Assembly (NCBI GenBank): GCA_963827165.1
Contig: CAWGZR010000010.1
Coordinates: 1 to 64,000, forward strand
Direction of reading: 5' to 3'
Origin: Candidatus Bathyarchaeota archaeon
Lineage (GTDB): Archaea; Thermoproteota; Bathyarchaeia; Bathyarchaeales; Bathycorpusculaceae
Length of the DNA stretch: 64,000 bases
A program made the translations under genes and the position numbers. The notes beneath the pieces were generated by a model. That model was not told the DNA's origin, searched no databases, and was given only the letters and a program-made list of their open reading frames with translations. Position 1 is the first letter of the stretch, and each line of letters starts with the position of its first letter. Of the stretch, positions 63,915 to 64,000 are shown piece after piece.

Positions 63915-64000
63915 AAGCTATTTTTTGTTTTTAAGCTGAAATGATTTTCAGGTCAGAAATCTTACTGAAGTGTTCAATATTGCGTGTGGCAACGCTGGAT

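Overview
The window is almost certainly a chimera of two unrelated DNAs joined at 36360/36361. Bases 1-36360 look like an alphaproteobacterial (Rhizobiales-like) mobilisable plasmid with a GC-rich backbone and AT-richer cargo, and many frameshifts typical of unpolished long reads. It carries a TrfA-type replicon with 7 iterons, three ParA genes, a MobA/MobL-type relaxase with a candidate oriT, a VirD4-like coupling protein, ArdC and two paralogous resolvase/res modules. Its defence and metabolic cargo includes a PvuII-like controller/methylase with an atypical nuclease, Shedu, a Type IIG RM gene, a toxin-antitoxin pair and a TudS/PP-loop/LOG cassette. Bases 36361-64000 look archaeal (probably Bathyarchaeia). 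They hold the end of an integrative element (two-MTase Type I RM, DUF6884-like + GIY-YIG pair, tyrosine integrase, tRNA-like att remnant), then queT-queC, VapBC, an ABC-2 exporter, a TetR operon, surface proteins and a DUF3800 gene. The two most interesting unannotated signals are non-coding. One is a riboswitch-like leader in front of archaeal queT-queC that could sequester the Shine-Dalgarno sequence, with an apparent ATA start. The other is a structured small RNA with its own promoter, convergent with DUF3800. Family names come from recalled motifs, not database searches.
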